Below, one piece after another: positions 26,950-39,221 of a stretch of 64,000 nt of DNA (its first letter is position 1; each line of letters starts with the position of its first letter). The notes beneath the pieces were generated by a model that was given only the letters and a program-made list of their open reading frames with translations, had not been told where the DNA came from and made no database searches. This DNA comes from Yuukianura sp. NJ FZ-2021 (Eukaryota). Location of the stretch: positions 13,764,001-13,828,000 of the forward strand of contig CM102286.1 of assembly GCA_046563655.1 (NCBI GenBank). The letters run 5' to 3'. The position numbers were made by a program, and so were the translations under genes.

Positions 26950-29900
26950 ATGGTGTTATTGTTGAATAGATTTCCACGACACCTTAATCTACGCTTTGCG
27001 AAACGTTTTTATCATAGTGAACAAGGAGCCTTCGGATACAAGCCACACTTGACACGCCCGGTAGCAGATTCTGCCGGTAAGTGTCGTATCCAGGTCAAAC
27101 AAAGGTCATCTCCATCTGAAACATTCTGAAAAGACTCGAGGAATAGATAACACGTTTCGTGACACTCGGTTCTGGCGGTTTTTACAAGAGCGGTGCAAAA
27201 CTCGCATCTTTGCGCATGTGCACGTATCTTCTGCAAAGTTCCTTTCTTTGTTTCATTATTCGGTGCCATTTTATCCTGAAGTGTGTATATTGTACAGTTT
27301 GTTTAAGTAATTCGTGGAATTAATTGGTTGATTTACTTTTCAGTGAATGAACAGCAGGATCAGAACAGGAGCATTAATGCTAAATTTTGCCGTCTTGTGG
27401 AAGCCTACCGGAGACATGGCCACCGCGTTTCCAGTGTCGATCCCCTTGGACTTGGGTAAGTTTTAGCGGCACAGACAAACTTATTAGGTAAACTTAAACG
27501 TTGACCTTCAATTTGATCACTTTGTGGTTAACTAAGACTGACAAATACTGAAATTTAGACAAGTCGGAACCGAAACCCCATCTGAGCTTAACATTGAGCG
27601 ATACTCTGTTGATCCATCGGAGAGGATAAATCTGAACGGTATCCTCCACGGTAAAAGTTTGAACGATACTGAATCTACGACTGTTCAACAAGCAATTGAT
27701 TTTTTGAAAACTACGTACACCAGTAACACTGGCTATGAATTTTCATACATCGAAGTAAGTAGAACTACTAGCAAAGATACTGCCAATACCAAAATTGTTT
27801 CTCAATTTCATACTTTCATTAAATTGCGTTCAACTTTTTAATTCTAGAATGAACAAGAACGTGAGTGGTTTGCCAGACGAATTGAAGAATTGGCCGAAGA
27901 AGTTTTGCCGGATGACTACAAAGTTCAAATTGCACTGGAAATGGCCAAGGCCCAAAATTTTGATCACTTCTTAGCCAACAAATTTCCAACCGTCAAACGA
28001 TATGGAGGCGAAGGTTGTGAAGCCTTGATGGCCTTCTTTCTAGAACTTCTCCGAGAATGCGGTAAATTCAAAATTCGAACAATTTTTCATTCAATCCCTG
28101 ATTCCTCCTGCAAATGACACTTGAACTTGATTTTTTTTTTGCAGCGGCGAAAGACGTGGACCACATTGTACTGGGAATGGCTCACCGTGGAAGATTAAAT
28201 GCACTCAGCGGCCCTCTTCAGTTTCCTCCCGTTCGGATCTTCCATAAAATCAAAGGATTGTCGGAATTCCCGAGTGATGCAAGAGCATCAGGCGACGTTC
28301 TTTCACATTTAAGTAATTACACGTAATTGTAAAGTAACTGCGTGCATGCACTTCGGTTTTATGTACTTAACGTTCTAAATTTGAATCTTGCAGGTACCTC
28401 GGTAGATCTGGATATAAATGGAAAGAAAATTCACTTCATGATGCTACCCAATCCATCCCACCTTGAAGTATAATTTCAGAATAAGCTCAATTTTTGACTT
28501 ATTTTTTGAATTTTTGATTGAGAATTTTCAAAATTTTGAAACCAGACTGTGAATCCAATGGCAGCTGGAAAAGTTAGAGGGAAAATGATGTCGCTTGGGA
28601 ACTACGACTACAGTGAAACTGGCGAAGATTCGCCTCGTGTATTGTGTTTACAGGTGACTAAATTTTGAAAAAAAAAATTGGAAAAACTTGATATTAGCTT
28701 TTGGTTATTGCCAAATTCGAAAACTGATTTTCAGATTCACGGAGATGCGGCAATTGCTGGGCAAGGAATAAACCAAGAGACGTTAGGTTTTGCTTATGTT
28801 CCACATTTTCGTACTGGAGGTTCCATCCATCTCATTACAAACAATCAAGTTGGGTTTACGACTCCGCAAGAACGTGGCAGATCTTCCAACTACAGTTCAG
28901 ATATTGCCAAAATCATTGGTGCTCCGGTGATTCATGTCAACGGAGATTGTCCTGAGGTGTGAATTCATCAAATCAAAATTTCGAAAAAAAAATTCAAAAA
29001 TTTGTCCTTAACGGAGACTGTAATGCTAATTCTGGATTTTCTCTGGTTTAGGAAGTAGTGAAAGCAACGAAATTGGCGGTTGGGTATCGACAAAAATTTC
29101 ATCGCGATATATTCCTTGACTTGATTTGTTTCCGAAGATGGGGTCACAACGAACTGGACGATCCAACATTCACGAATCCAATTATCTACAGTGTCATCAG
29201 TACGCGAAAGTGAGCTCCACTTTTACTTTTAGCAGTGTCTGTAGGCCGAGGTCCAGGTCACTTACTCTGGAATGTTTGTGTTTCAGATCCGTTCCAGATG
29301 TGTATTGTGAAAATCTTATCGCCAAAGGCGTTCTAGACGAGGGTACACTCAAAGAATCGTTGACTGACCACACCAAAATGCTTTCGGCAGAGCTAGAAAA
29401 AGTAGAAACTTATGTTCCTGAGAAATCTTACTTTGACTCGCAATGGTCTTCCATGACACAACCAGGCGACACCATTTCGACATGGGACACTGGAGTAGAC
29501 ATTCCGCTTCTACAGCATGTTGGCCTCAAATCAGTGGAATATCCAGAAAATTTCGTAAGTTCCCTCCATTTTTCCTGATTTGGCATTGTGTGCACTGTGT
29601 GTTACCATTTTCCTTTGATTTCAAGAATGCTCATCCACATTTGGTCAAAACGTATATGAAATCCAGGAAAGCGAAAGCCACTACTGGAACAAACATTGAG
29701 TGAGTTAACTAGCTTGTGTGTTTTTTAATTTCTTTAACAATTAATTGGTTCAAGTTTTTAGTTGGGCTACAGCAGAAGCCATGGCGTTTGGATCGTTACT
29801 CTACCAAGGTACAATTCTGCCTAAATTTCGGAAGATTTTTTCACTAATTCAGTTTTTTTTTCTTTTTCACTTTTTCAGGATTTGGAGTTCGGTTGAGTGG

Positions 29901-31271
29901 AGAAGACGTCGGGCGTGGTACGTTTTCACATCGACATGCGATGTTGGTTGACCAAGAAGATGGATCTATAGTCATCCCAATGAATTACTTGCAAGAAAAC
30001 CAACCAAAGAAATTGGAAGTGTGCAACACAACGTTGTCGGAAGAAGCAGTGCTAGCGTTCGAGTATGGATTTAGCATCGAGAATCCGAACAATCTAGTAG
30101 TTTGGGAAGCTCAATTTGGTGACGTAAGTCAAATAAACCAAAATCCAATGAAACTGTTGAAATTTGTTAAAACTAAAAAAAACTTACAGTTTTTCAACGG
30201 AGCGCAGATAGTCATTGACACCTTGATCACTTCTGGAGAAAGTAAGTGTCTTTACTAAAATATGTCAAATTTTTAAAGCGAAAAATCTTAACGGTATAAC
30301 TTTTTGTAAATAGCGAAATGGATGCGACAGAGCGGCATAGTAATGCTACTGCCTCATGGAATGGATGGTGCAGGTCCGGAACATTCGTCATGTCGGATAG
30401 AACGATTTCTTCAGCAAACAGATTCAAATGAAGAAGGGATACTCGACGGAGACTACAACAACATGCAAGTCGTCAATCCTACGACTCCAGCACAATACTT
30501 CCACCTTCTTAGACGCCAAGTATAGTTCAACTTCAATAAAGTTCTTAGTTTAGCTTCAAAGTTTTGAAAATTGATTTGATTTTTTAGATGATTCGGAACT
30601 TTCGAAAACCTCTTGTCGTTGTTGCTCCGAAGATTCTACTGCGACTGCCTGAGGCTACGTCAACCCTAGCAGAAATGGCACCCGGAACACATTTCCATCC
30701 TGTGCTTGGTATGTTCCCGCTTTTTTTTAACGGCAAATAGCATACTAATTAAGAAGTTTTTGTTTAGGTGACAACGATGTGAAAGCTGGTGAGGTCAAGA
30801 ACCTGATATTTGTATCTGGCAAGCATTACTACACGTTGAAGAAAAAACGGGAAGAGCTGAACAGAAAAGATGTCGGAATCATACGGATAGAATCGCTGTG
30901 TCCATTCCCTGCTCAAGAGATCGCACTAGAACTTTCCAAATATAAAAATATTCAATGTAATTAGCTTAAGCAATCTCAAATGAGGTAATTTTGATAAGTT
31001 TAAAAGTTGACTAAACTTTGCAGCAATCATCTGGAGTCAAGAGGAGCATCAAAATATGGGGGCGTGGACCTTTATAAAACCTCGGTTCGAAAATTTTGTC
31101 GGAAGAAAGGTAAAGTATTTAGTACTAAAATCATTGAAACTAAACTTGAACTGACGTTTTTTTTAGATTTCGTATGTTGGACGACCACCACTCGCAGCTC
31201 CAGCTGTAGGAATCAGCCAGCAGCATAGACAAGAAACGGAGAAACTTTTGAATGACAGCTTCAAAAAATAA
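26950..31271 (+). CDS. DHTKD1: 2-oxoadipate dehydrogenase E1 (DHTKD1), mitochondrial
   Basis: Transit-like N-terminus followed by [108 protein letters not shown]. Confidence 0.95.
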
Positions 31272-31631
31272 GTGGAGCTATAATCGTTTTGACAATAAAC
31301 AGTACAAATGAAGAGCATTGATCGGTGTTGATTTGTTGACGGTTGACGAAAAAGAAAAATTTCGACCTCAAGAACAAGATTTTAGTTTGGATAAATTGTT
31401 GTTCCAGAAAAAAAATAAAGTGAACTTGTCCTGTTAACTTTTCATGCGTCCCAGCTTTGATCCAAGATTGTTATTTTAATGTGTAAATAGGCCAATAGGA
31501 AATCTAACCATTCATTATCTTAAGTTTTGACATGCTCATTAATTTAACAATTTCGAACATTATGTTATTTCCAATGAATTAGCAAAATGAATTGCAAATT
31601 TTTACTGGACACGTCCAATCACATCTTCGGT

Positions 31632-32847
31632 TTAGGACGACGTGCCGGCTGAAATAAATTCAAAAAAATCTTCTATATAAAATGATAAAGATTTTTTTGA
31701 TTGAGGTAATCTTAAATTGCATGCATTGACCGCTGTAACTACAACCTCAATTTTCCTAACGTCTGTTGGTTACAAGCTCTTGCTAAGAGACTAAAAAACC
31801 GCCCTCAACCTACCAATTGCACTGTAACCTTGAATTGCATACAAAACTTGAGACGCTATGTTTACACAGTGCGGTACACTGCATGCAAATTATTTTTACC
31901 GTCATCGATTTTCATAATTTAATTTTACATTTTTCATAAGCTAAAAAAAATCCTGCTTACCTGCCAAGTCATTCAACACAATGAAGTACACATTCATGAG
32001 CGAAGTGTAGTCGCGGAGGACGTCTTCTAGCTCGCGCCGTCTTTCTGCAACGATTCTTAATTTCGATGACTTTTCTTCCGTGGAAGTTTCGGGAAGTACA
32101 GTAGCCTCTTGATGTCCAAAAAAAGCATGAGTTTGTCGATGAAATGCTTTCTCTATGGCGATTTCTAACTTTTCCTTGGCCACTGTTCCTTCCCCCTCGA
32201 CGCGCATATCCTAAGGAAACAAATGAATTCAAATTCTTAATTAAAATGTTTGGTCTCATGACATGGGTCACTCTTTGTTCCTGAATTGATCTCATTATGT
32301 ACGCCCAGTACTACAACTGTGATCCAATCACAGAAATAAATGCTTTTATGAGTTTTTATCATCGCAGAGGTCAAGAAAACTGTCCCAATTCAACCCGTAG
32401 GGTCACCATTGGTCGTAGGTTACAAATTATTGCAAATTGTTTTTTTTCAACTCTCATTCACGCAACTTTGCTTGGACCAATTCTGGGAGCATTCACACTG
32501 GGAATATTTTTCCATGGACAGAGCAACTGGTGACCCAAAAAAATCAAAAAAAAAAAATTCATGATGTGTGACCCAACTCTATGACCTTGGCAAAGTCAAG
32601 CTTTTGTTTTCAGAAACCCAGAGCTTAAAATTTTTGTTCAACTTCAACTTTTACTCACCTTCAAAGCGACATGAAGAAATTCACAATCGTTTTGGCTCAA
32701 GTATAGTCGCATTCTACCTAGCGGTAGCAGTGCGATGAGCGCCATATTTGTGGCAATCGAAATGAACGGGTCTTTCTGACTTGTCTGAAGTAGCAACAGA
32801 TCTAGCGACTTTTGATTCGAAATGCGAAATGAGACGTCTTTCATCAT
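31632..32847 (-). CDS. Putative 3-exon orphan protein (about 151 aa), function unknown
   Basis: Exons 32847-32659, 32210-31961 and 31648-31632 have GT/AG boundaries and join in frame (456 nt) to a TAA. No recognisable domain. Confidence 0.55.
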
Positions 32848-32979
32848 TTTCCTGGACTTAAGTTAACTTTAGGAGTTAGTATTAAAGAAAAGTCAAGGTA
32901 ACACAGAAATTGGAAAATATCCCCCTCCCACTACATGACGCTATGACGATGACTAGACGCTAATTCAAAACTCGATAGT

Positions 32980-33090
32980 CAGGGTGTGTTTGGTTTAAAT
33001 CAATAAATTTAAACCACGATTTAAGCCATGATTTAAACCGAACGGTTTTTTAAACTAAAAACCCGGTTTAAATTCACATGGTATAAAATG
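32980..33090. mobile_element. Probable DNA-transposon end remnant (CAGGG terminus with TTTAAACC subterminal repeats)
   Basis: CAGGGTGTG followed by repeated TTTAAACC/GGTTTAAA motifs. No matching partner end or TSD found. Confidence 0.4.
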
Positions 33091-33920
33091 GCGGAAAACG
33101 ACTCAAATTGAAGAAATTTCGTCAGAAAACGAGTCAGTTTGAAGACATTTTTGGCTCGAAATAACGTTGATGAAACTAATTTCGGATTTGAACAACATAG
33201 GGTTACAAGTATTTCGAATTCTCACAAAAGAACATCGTTGACAATGCGTTTCCCCATCGTGTTTTGCTTTATTGAATGCTGATTTTCATTTTCTTTAAAT
33301 TACCTTAAATTATTTTTAGTTCAAAAACTTCGTTTTTAATTTCAATCGGCCATACTTTCCGCTTCATTTCCCGATTTTGGTGTAAGCCAAAAAAAAATGA
33401 TTTAACCCAAAAACCAATAATTTTTGATTTTTTCAAAAAAAAAAAACCAACACTCCTTGTCGATAATGCTACTAACTTGACTTACCTTAGTTGTTTTTCG
33501 AAATTCTGAAATGACTTCCTTTATGAATTTGAAATGTTGACCTTGACTCACAACTTGTGAATCAAGTTGCTTGTGACTTTCTAGAGCAAATTTCAATTAA
33601 GAAATAGTAGCAGAAGCTAGAAACAACCGACTTTTGACCGCAGAGGAATATTCCCATTTTTTTTTTTGAAATTTTGAACCTAAAAGTAGGATCAGCTTAG
33701 GAAGGGATTTTGAGCACTTCAAATACCCACTTTATTTCTAACACTTTCCCCATATATTCCTTTGTCTTCAAAGGGTTCTTGTTCGCCGAATTTTATTTTT
33801 ATAACAACCAACAATTGAGATGCAGCGTCCGAAGGGAAACGTAGGAATTTGCGACAATTTTTAGAACAGAAAACTTTCCACGTTCTGCAACTCAACATGA
33901 AAGCTTTGCAGTGTTACGAT

Positions 33921-34495
33921 CAGGGTTCGAAAAAAACGTCTTTTTGGGAAATAAACGAAACATACGTCTTTTTTGTTTTAAACGCTCGTCTTTTTCCCGT
34001 CTTAATGAATATTGTTATTATACCGTTTTACAAGTAATTTTGCATTCAACTACTGTTAAATTTCAATTTAACTTACGATATAGCAGTAAAATCAGGGTTC
34101 GCTGAATCAAACATACATAAACGAAACATACGTTTTAAACGTCGGTTTAAACGGTTTTAAACGTCGTTTTAAACGCTGAGGAAAAAAAACGTAGGTCTTT
34201 TTCGTTGGTTTTAAAGAGGCTATTATTCAAATTTTTTTAATTGCTTTCCACTTATTTAAAGCAAAAGCGACAGTTTTTCAACATTTTGATCTGTTTTACC
34301 TTTGGGGAGTGAGTCCAGTATTCATTTTACTGGTATATCGTAAGCTAAATTGAAATTTAACAGTAGTTGAAAGCAAAATACCTGTACAACGGTATAATAA
34401 CAATATTAATTAACACGGGAAAAAGACGAGCGTTTAAAACAAAAAAGACGTATGTTTCGTTTATTTCCCAAAAAGACGGTCTTTTTCGAACCCTG
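33921..34495. mobile_element. MITE with about 170-bp inverted repeats and CAGGGTTCG termini (hAT-like ends)
   Basis: 33921-34091 is the reverse complement of 34324-34495 with scattered mismatches. A second CAGGGTTCG end lies inside at about 34092. No clear TSD. Confidence 0.8.
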
Positions 34496-34523
34496 AGTTT
34501 ACTAATCAGTCATATACCTGACG

Positions 34524-36005
34524 CTAACTTTGTACGATTTCTCCCGAGTAGTGTCCACTATCGGTGACGGTAGAGATTGACTCTGTAAGATTTCCATAGA
34601 AGACGGACGTTGTTCTCGGAATTGGAACTGAACCACGCCTCCTGATTTAATTTCAGTTAACTGAGATCTTTTTAATTAGTTCTGCTTACAATTAGTTAAT
34701 TTAACTTTATGCTAGTCAAAATTACGAAACCGAGCGTTGTTTCTGAGGTAAAGTGAGAACCCACATCCAAGTATTTTTCTTTTCGTTAGTTCTAGAAATA
34801 CTTCTCTGAACTTCTTGCCATAGGCACAGTGGATTGTAAAGTTAATAGAAGCAATGAGAACCCACAGGAAGTTTCTAAACGAATCCACACCAAATACTGC
34901 TGTTGACCCGGTCAAAGGTTAGGCCAAAGTGTTAACAATGAACAGAGTGTTACAATCCAAAAACACCGCAACCACAATCATAAGCATCATGGTTCTTTTC
35001 TGCATTTGGGACAAATGCAGACCCTTCTTTGTTGGCGAAGTAGATCTGAATAACTTTTATAACTGAAAAAATAACTTTTTCTAGAAAATTTTGAAATTGG
35101 TTTGTGAATTTTGAATTTACCCGCCTAAGGATCAAGCAGTTGAGAACAAACGTTGTGACAATGGGCAGTAAGCAGTTGAGAATGACTTATTTGAGTCATT
35201 CGGACTTTGGCGCAACTCTGTCGTTACTGGAATGTACTCGACTTGTTCCGCGTCGGTTACGTTGCGTCTGCGTTCTATGACGGTAAATTCCAGCCAGCGA
35301 GCACTGTTGAGCAGAAATGACGCAACGGCGACAACAATTGCCGCAACTAACATGCGTTCAGGGCTGGTACAACAATTCTTGGTTTGAGTGGATGAGAAAC
35401 AGCCATGTACCGCTCAAATGTCACCAACAAAATGAAAAACAAAGACGTTGTATGAGCGGAAAATTTAAGAAAATTGTTACAAATGATTATACAATAGGTT
35501 TTGGGCAAGTTTAGGTTTTTAGCCAAGTTTTGCTGGTTGTTCTTACCAACTAAGAATAGGACGTAGAGAGCAGGAATTCCTAAGGCATATGCTGAAGTTG
35601 TGTAGTCTGCAATTTCGTAGTACGACAAAATTGTCGGAATTGCTAAAAAACTAATAACGACTAGCAGAAACGAATCGGAAAAAGAGAGCCCTACAAAAAG
35701 ACAATTCATCGGTAGATGGCTCATCTTACGATGACATAACACGCAGCGTTGATGCCACTCCCCACGAGTCCTGCGCAGATCACAAATAGTGACATGTAGC
35801 CAACCATGACGATCAGACGATACCGATTCTGGCCCACTAATTTGTCTAAAGTGAATCCATTGACGTCGTCAGTAAACATTTGCAGCTTTTTTAAATTGTT
35901 GACATTGTAAAGTCCAATGAAAATTGAAAACGCGAGATGATCAATTTTTGTTACATTTTGAACAACTGCACTGTGAATGTCACTTCCCGCCAGAAATTCC
36001 TCCAT
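34524..36005 (-). pseudogene. Rhodopsin-class peptide GPCR (FMRFamide-receptor-like) pseudogene
   Basis: Motifs MNCLFVGLSFSD, VTFERYMAVSHPL, TM5 NCLLPI and ASINFTIHCAYGKKFR are present. Frameshifts near 35743, 35380 and 35185, in-frame TAA at 35057-35059 and 34919-34921, and an acceptor reading TTTTCCG instead of TTTTCAG near 35458. Confidence 0.82.
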
Positions 36006-37154
36006 TGCTCTAAAACTAACTTTAAATCTAACTAACAAGCTTAACTTTTTGACACTTTACGGAATGAATTGTCGTACTGTTCGTCTTTCCGCATTTGGTA
36101 ATGCGGTACAGGAGAGGAATATTTGAGGCTTTGGTTGAATTTTGTAATAGTGAATTCTGGTTATAGCGTTTGAGGTGTAACAATAATGTGACTGTTTTCG
36201 AAATCCGGATTGAAAAGGAAAGAGCGGGAATTTCTCAAATCTCTTTTTTTCCATCCTTGTTTATTCCTTTGTTCTATTGCTCAGTAATTCGTGGATAAAG
36301 TTCACTTTCAACCGATGACCGCAGTAATTCATCGGCAATTGACTAATTAGATGTGATAACTGTGACAACCTCAACTAATGATAGCTGATCATCAGATTCA
36401 TGTGACACAGTTAGACCAAACTCATCAACAGCTAAGGGTGAGTCATGTAATGTAACTTTTTTATTTTGTTGATGAAATAATATGCTGTAATGAATCTTTT
36501 CAGATTGGAACTGGAACAGCAGCTACCTACACCTAGAGGAGTTGAGAAAAGCACTGGATAAATCCGCCAAGCATTTTAGAGAACGAATTAATCATCATCA
36601 TTCATCCAGAGGAGACGATTAACTTCGACTTCGACTTCCCGATAAGCCTGTCCTACTAGTCCAGTCCAGGACCAGGTAAACAGAGTTGATTGAGTACATT
36701 TGCTTTCCCTCCTAACCATCCTACTGTAAGTCAAGTCCAAGAACTTGTTCCAGAATCCAGGTTCGTCAAGGACGACGTATCCAAGTAAGCCAAGGACACC
36801 TTGGTTCAATAATATCCTCCCCTTGAGGTAACCTAATGCTTCGCTCTTCAAGGCTGAAGGAAGACGAACTTCATTCTGCTCTGATTCTCACGCATGCGCA
36901 TGTCTCGGAGAGTCCCGGTATTTCAAAGATCACAAGGACATTCGATTCAAGAAGAACAGACTTTAGATTCACCGAGCAGAAGAGCGAGTCAGTTGAGCCA
37001 GAAAAAATTGGGCGCCTCTTTCTTTCTGAATCTTCCACCCGTCTGATAAACACATTTTTACGAATCTCGTGTTTGTATTACAGGTAAAAATTCTATTGGT
37101 CGCGTGATTGATTGGACTCGAAAACTGCAAAAACGAAAGACACAGACAGTTTGA

Positions 37155-39221
37155 ATGGCTTGGACGAACCCGAAAAGGAATAATGCCAAAGGTCAAGGTC
37201 AGAATACTCAGAGTCCAGTTACAGTGATGCGGAGTGCAGGATTTACGTCAATCAATGAAAAGCCAGTGGACGACGTTTCACTGAACTTTTTCTATGAACC
37301 AAGGACCCTTACATTATTGTTTGCCGCAACTGTTGCCCTGATATACATTGCCTTCAACCGGTAAGTTGGCACTGACTAAACTTTGAAGTTGACATTCCAT
37401 GAGCAAACTGATTGACTGTTGTCTGGTTTGTGTCTACAGGGATGAGTCAAATTTGCAGTCAAACATCAGCACTGGATTCAAATGCGTTGTCCTTTGCTTC
37501 CTTGTTATTTCCGTCTTGGCCTTTCCCAATGGCCCATTCACACGGCCACATCCTGCCGTTTGGCGAATGGTCTTCGGAATCTCTGTCATGTACCTAATTA
37601 CACTCATATTCATCCTGTTCCAAAACTATGAAACTGTCAAAGCAATATACTTATGGATTGACCCTGGACTTAAGAACTTTTCAATCAACAATGACAAGGT
37701 AACTTTTCAAAAGTCTTCAAATCAACATCAACCTCTTCTCCATATCAAATCTTGGCTGAGTTGCAGTTTCATTCTACAGTCCAAAGTGGTAGTGGTAGTG
37801 GTAGTGGTAGTGGTAGTGGTAGTGGTAGTGGTAGTAGTAGTGGGAAGTGGAAGTAGTAGTAGAGTAGTAGAGGTAATGTTAGTGGTAGGGTTAGGTTAGG
37901 TTAACCTAACTAACGTAACCTAACCTAATAGTCATAACTGCTAAAACGTATTTCAAATTCCACTACCACTACCACTACCACTACCACTACCACTACCACT
38001 ACCACTACCACTACCACTACCATTACCTAGTACCACTACCACTACCACTACCACTACCACTACCACTACCACTACCACTACCATTACCTAGTACCACTAC
38101 CACTACCACTACCACTACCACTACCACTACCACTACCACTTTGGACTGTAGAATGAAACTGCAACTCAGCCCAAATCTTTGATAATTTGATTAATCCTGA
38201 CGGTTTGTTAACCTTAACAGGAGTACGGCGTTAATTGTTCCCACATCACTATCGAACGGATTTGGTCGCACGTTGACGAATTCGCCCTCGCACATTTCCT
38301 TGGATGGATCATGAAAGCAATTCTGGTGCGTCACGTTGGACTTCTCTGGACAATCAGCGTGACGTGGGAGATCAGTGAAGTGGCATTTGCTCATCTCTTG
38401 CCAAACTTTGTCGAGTGCTGGTGGGACGCCATTATCCTGGATGTCATCGTGTGTAATGGTGGTGGAATTTGGGTTGGCATGCAGATCTGTCGATTGCTGG
38501 AGATGAGAGAATACAAATGGGAGTCGATCAAGTAAGTCCACCAACTGCAACGTGTTACAACTCTGCTCTAATTAATTCTAATCTAACTCAATTCTAATTA
38601 CTTTAGATCGATTCAAGGGGCCAAGAAGAAGCTAAAACGCGCCGTGTTGCAGTTTACACCGGAGAGCTGGACGCCAGTACGTTGGTTGGATCCCAATTGC
38701 AGCTACATGCGCTTCTTTGCAGTCTGTCAGTTGGTCGTATTTTGGCAAATCGCTGAACTCAATACCTTTTTCATCAAACACATCTTCGAAACTCCGCCAG
38801 CCCATCGTATCGTCTTGTTTAGACTGGCCATTCTCTCACTTATCGTGGCACCTTCGCTAAGGTGAGTTGATTTTTTAATTTTCAAAAAAGTTTAAAAGTT
38901 TTTACTTTACAGTTCTTTTCTTGCTCATGAATGTTGATTTTGTTTTAAATTTTTAGGCAATACTATACTTACGTAACTGACACTCGTTGTAAGCGAGTGG
39001 GTACTCAATGCTGGGTACTTGGAGCCATCACGGCAACTGAAAGCATCATTTGTGCAAAATTTGGGAAAGAGCTGTTCGGTCAAACGCAACTCAAAAACAT
39101 TTCCCTGTGGCTACTAATTCAAGTGTTCCTGTCCATTCTCTGTGTCTCTGGATGCATTTGGAAAGAAACGTGGAGTCAGCAGAAGAATTCAAAAGACGTG
39201 TCAAAGGTCAAGTCCAATTGA
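37155..39221 (+). CDS. PTDSS1: Phosphatidylserine synthase (base-exchange type)
   Basis: [80 protein letters not shown]. Confidence 0.95.
37754..38171. mobile_element. Intronic palindromic MITE (418 bp) with microsatellite arms and a TTAGG core
   Basis: Perfect 32-bp TIR GGCTGAGTTGCAGTTTCATTCTACAGTCCAAA extended by (GTGGTA)n/(TACCAC)n. 8-bp TSD CAAATCTT at 37746-37753 and 38172-38179. Lies in PTDSS1 intron 2. Confidence 0.92.

Noticed and set aside
26950..31271. Bacterial sucA acquired by horizontal transfer
   Set aside because: Many spliceosomal introns, a transit-like peptide and a DHTKD1-type N-terminus indicate the ordinary animal gene.
36836..37087. 83-aa ORF upstream of PTDSS1 as a separate gene
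   Set aside because: No recognisable motif. More likely 5'UTR or promoter sequence, and I cannot support it as coding.
37699..37899. Poly-valine extension of the PTDSS1 ORF
   Set aside because: Read-through past the GT donor at 37699 into the (GTGGTA)n arm of the intronic MITE.
37889..37928. Telomere fusion site
   Set aside because: Only a few TTAGG units, and they lie inside a TSD-flanked MITE within an intron.
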